Shown here piece after piece: positions 61,874-64,000 of a stretch of DNA of 64,000 nucleotides. Under the pieces are notes generated by a model. The model was not told the DNA's origin. It ran no database searches and saw only the letters and a list, made by a program, of their open reading frames with translations. How positions within the stretch are numbered: position 1 is the stretch's first letter; every line of letters begins with the position of its first letter. The stretch is from Isurus oxyrinchus (taxonomy: Eukaryota): NCBI GenBank assembly GCA_026770705.1, contig JANJGN010000557.1, forward strand, positions 124,001 to 188,000, given 5' to 3'. Made by a program: the position numbers and the translations under genes.

Positions 61874-62646
61874 GTTCCACAGTGATGGTTATGAATCCCT
61901 CCACTGCTCCATGTTCATTCTCTGCCACACACTGATAGTCTCCAGTGTCCCTGGATGTAATGTGAGGAATCACCAACCACAGCTCATTGTTGGAACTTGT
62001 TCTGTTCATTTGGACATTCAGATGTCATGGCAGGAATCAAGAAGCCCGTTCACAGGATTACCAACAGAAAGTGAACAACAATTTATACTTAATGGGAAGA
62101 GAGTGCTGATTGGTTGGCAAGTGGTCTCTGATAGGTGGAGTTGTTGCCATGGAGAATGGTGTATGTGAGATGTAAAGTTTAGACAGCTTGTCTCTTCATT
62201 CAGCAATAATCATATAAAGATCAATTAACTTCTATCGACTTTGAAGCACTTAGAGAGGCCTTAGAATGTGGATACTGAGAATGGGCTGCACTGTCAGAGG
62301 GTCTGCGCTGAGGGAGTGCTGATGTAGAATGAAAGGTGTATGTAATTACCTTGCACAGTTAGTACGAGGGTCCGCTCCGATGAAACAGATGGATATCTCA
62401 CTCTGCAGCTGAGAGTGTGTCCGTGGTGTTTGAGTGATGGGATCAGGGTCAGAACAGAAGTATAGGTCAGAGAGACACCATGCTGAGTTACAGTGTTTGA
62501 GACTGATCCACGTACGTCAGTGGGAGTGTCCCAGGTTAAGACAGGTGCTGCTGTTCCATTGCATGTTGTGTTGAAGGTGCAGCTTACATCCACACGCTTT
62601 CCTGCAATAATTTCAGCAGGGAATATCGTGGGTTTATCTGTGAAAT
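61874..62646 (-). pseudogene. S6 fragment: C exon 62350-62646 and Ig3 remnant 61874-62026; no V, leader or TM
   Basis: TM region deleted at junction about 61360; upstream sequence ends at the inversion junction about 62970. Confidence 0.85.
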
Positions 62647-63266
62647 CTAACACACAGAGAATGGATCCTTTTAGAGAAATATAACGTGAAGCATCAGTTC
62701 AAATAGGAACCACAGTCCCACAAGAGAAAGCACATTTACAAGGATGATATCAGAACTGAGAGGTTACAATGATCATTAAAGAATTGTCTATTTTTACACT
62801 TGTTGAATCTCTGTCACTCAGATTAATACACTCTCACTCAGTGACCCTTGATTTGACCAGACTGGGTGAGGGTGGAGGAACAGCTCACAGCTCGGGGAGA
62901 GCAGACTCAGCATTTGGAAAAGGATATAGAGACACTGGAGAGGGTGGTAAAAAGCTTCACAAGGATGATCTTGTTTTGGTTTCAGATTTCCAGCATCCAC
63001 AGTATTCTGCTTTTAACTCCAATCTCTGGTCTGAGCCTCTTCTCTCATCCAGTGTTCTCAATTCACATGTCTCGGAGTGAACGTGTATTAAGCTGAGAGA
63101 CAGAAACACTACTGCCAAAGAGCAAGAAAATCTTTCCTGATCGTTGTAACCTCTCAGTTCTGATATCATCCTTGTAAAAGTGCTTTCTCTTGTGGGACTG
63201 TGATTTCTATTTGAACTGATGCTTCACGTTATATTTTTCTAAAAGGATCCATTCTCTGTCTGTTAG

Positions 63267-64000
63267 ATTTCACAGATAAACCCACGATATTCCCTGCTGA
63301 AATTATTGCAGGAAAGCGTGTGGATGTAAGCTGCACCTTCAACACAACGTGCAATGGAACAGCAGCACCTGTCTTAACCTGGGACACTCCCACTGACGTA
63401 CCTGGATCAGTTTCAAACACTGTAACTCAGCATGGTGTCACTCTGTCCTATGCTTCTGTTCTGACCCTGATCCCATCACTCAAACACCACGGACACAATC
63501 TCAGCTGCAGAGTGAGTTATCCATCTGTTTCATCGGAGCGGACCCTCGTACTAACAGTGCAAGGTAATTACATACACCTTTCATTCTACATCAGCACTCC
63601 CTCAGCGCAGACCCTCTGACAGTGCAGCCCGTTCTCTGTATCCACATTCTAAGGCCTCTCTAAGTGCTTCAAAGTCGATAGAAGTTAATTGATCTTTATT
63701 TGATTATTGCTGAATGAAGAGACAAGCTGTCTAAACTTTACATCTCGCACACACCATTCTCCATGGCAACACCTCCACCTATCAGAGACCACTTGCCAAC
63801 CAATCAGCACTCTCTTCCCATTGAGTATAAATTGTTGTTCACTTTCTGTTGGTAATCCTGTGAACGGGCTTCTTGATTCCTGCCATGACATCTGAATGTC
63901 CAAATGAACAGAACAAGTTCCAACAATGAGCTGTGGTTGGTGATTCCTCATGTTACATCCAGGGACACTGGAGACTATCAGTGTGTGGCAGAGAAAGAAC
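63267..64000 (+). pseudogene. S7 fragment (inverted): C exon 63267-63563 and Ig3 remnant from 63887
   Basis: 297-bp exon with AG/GT on the plus strand; no V upstream on this strand. Confidence 0.85.

Overview
Eukaryotic, intron-rich vertebrate DNA. The repeat landscape (CR1 and L2 LINEs, tRNA-derived SINEs, Penelope-type motifs, a 33-bp CAGTACTGAGGGAGTGCTGCACTGT minisatellite) suggests a cartilaginous fish; this is inference. The window is a tandem cluster of Siglec-like (CD33-related/MAG-like) Ig-superfamily receptor genes, nearly all on the minus strand. They share one exon kit: non-coding exon 1, 40-bp leader exon, V-set exon (CVxxPC, YFFRIE essential Arg), 297-bp C-set exon, optional third Ig exon, TM exon. 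I label the units S0-S7. S0: duplicated promoter/leader at the left edge. S1: inhibitory-type, with two tandem V exons, a neutral TM and an ITIM-like + ITSM-like tail, but no leader or promoter of its own. S2: intact L-V-C with its TM exon deleted, joined directly onto S1. S3 and S4: pseudogenes. S5: fully intact 375-aa activating-type receptor with an Arg in the TM and a short tail. S6/S7: V-less fragments meeting at an inversion junction. Main message: a paired inhibitory/activating Siglec-like system under birth-and-death evolution, with hypervariable V loops, near-invariant C exons, and a deletion that may let one promoter/leader serve three V exons and one inhibitory tail. Exon boundaries were read by eye from GT/AG sites and phase; expression, species and repeat family names are unverified.
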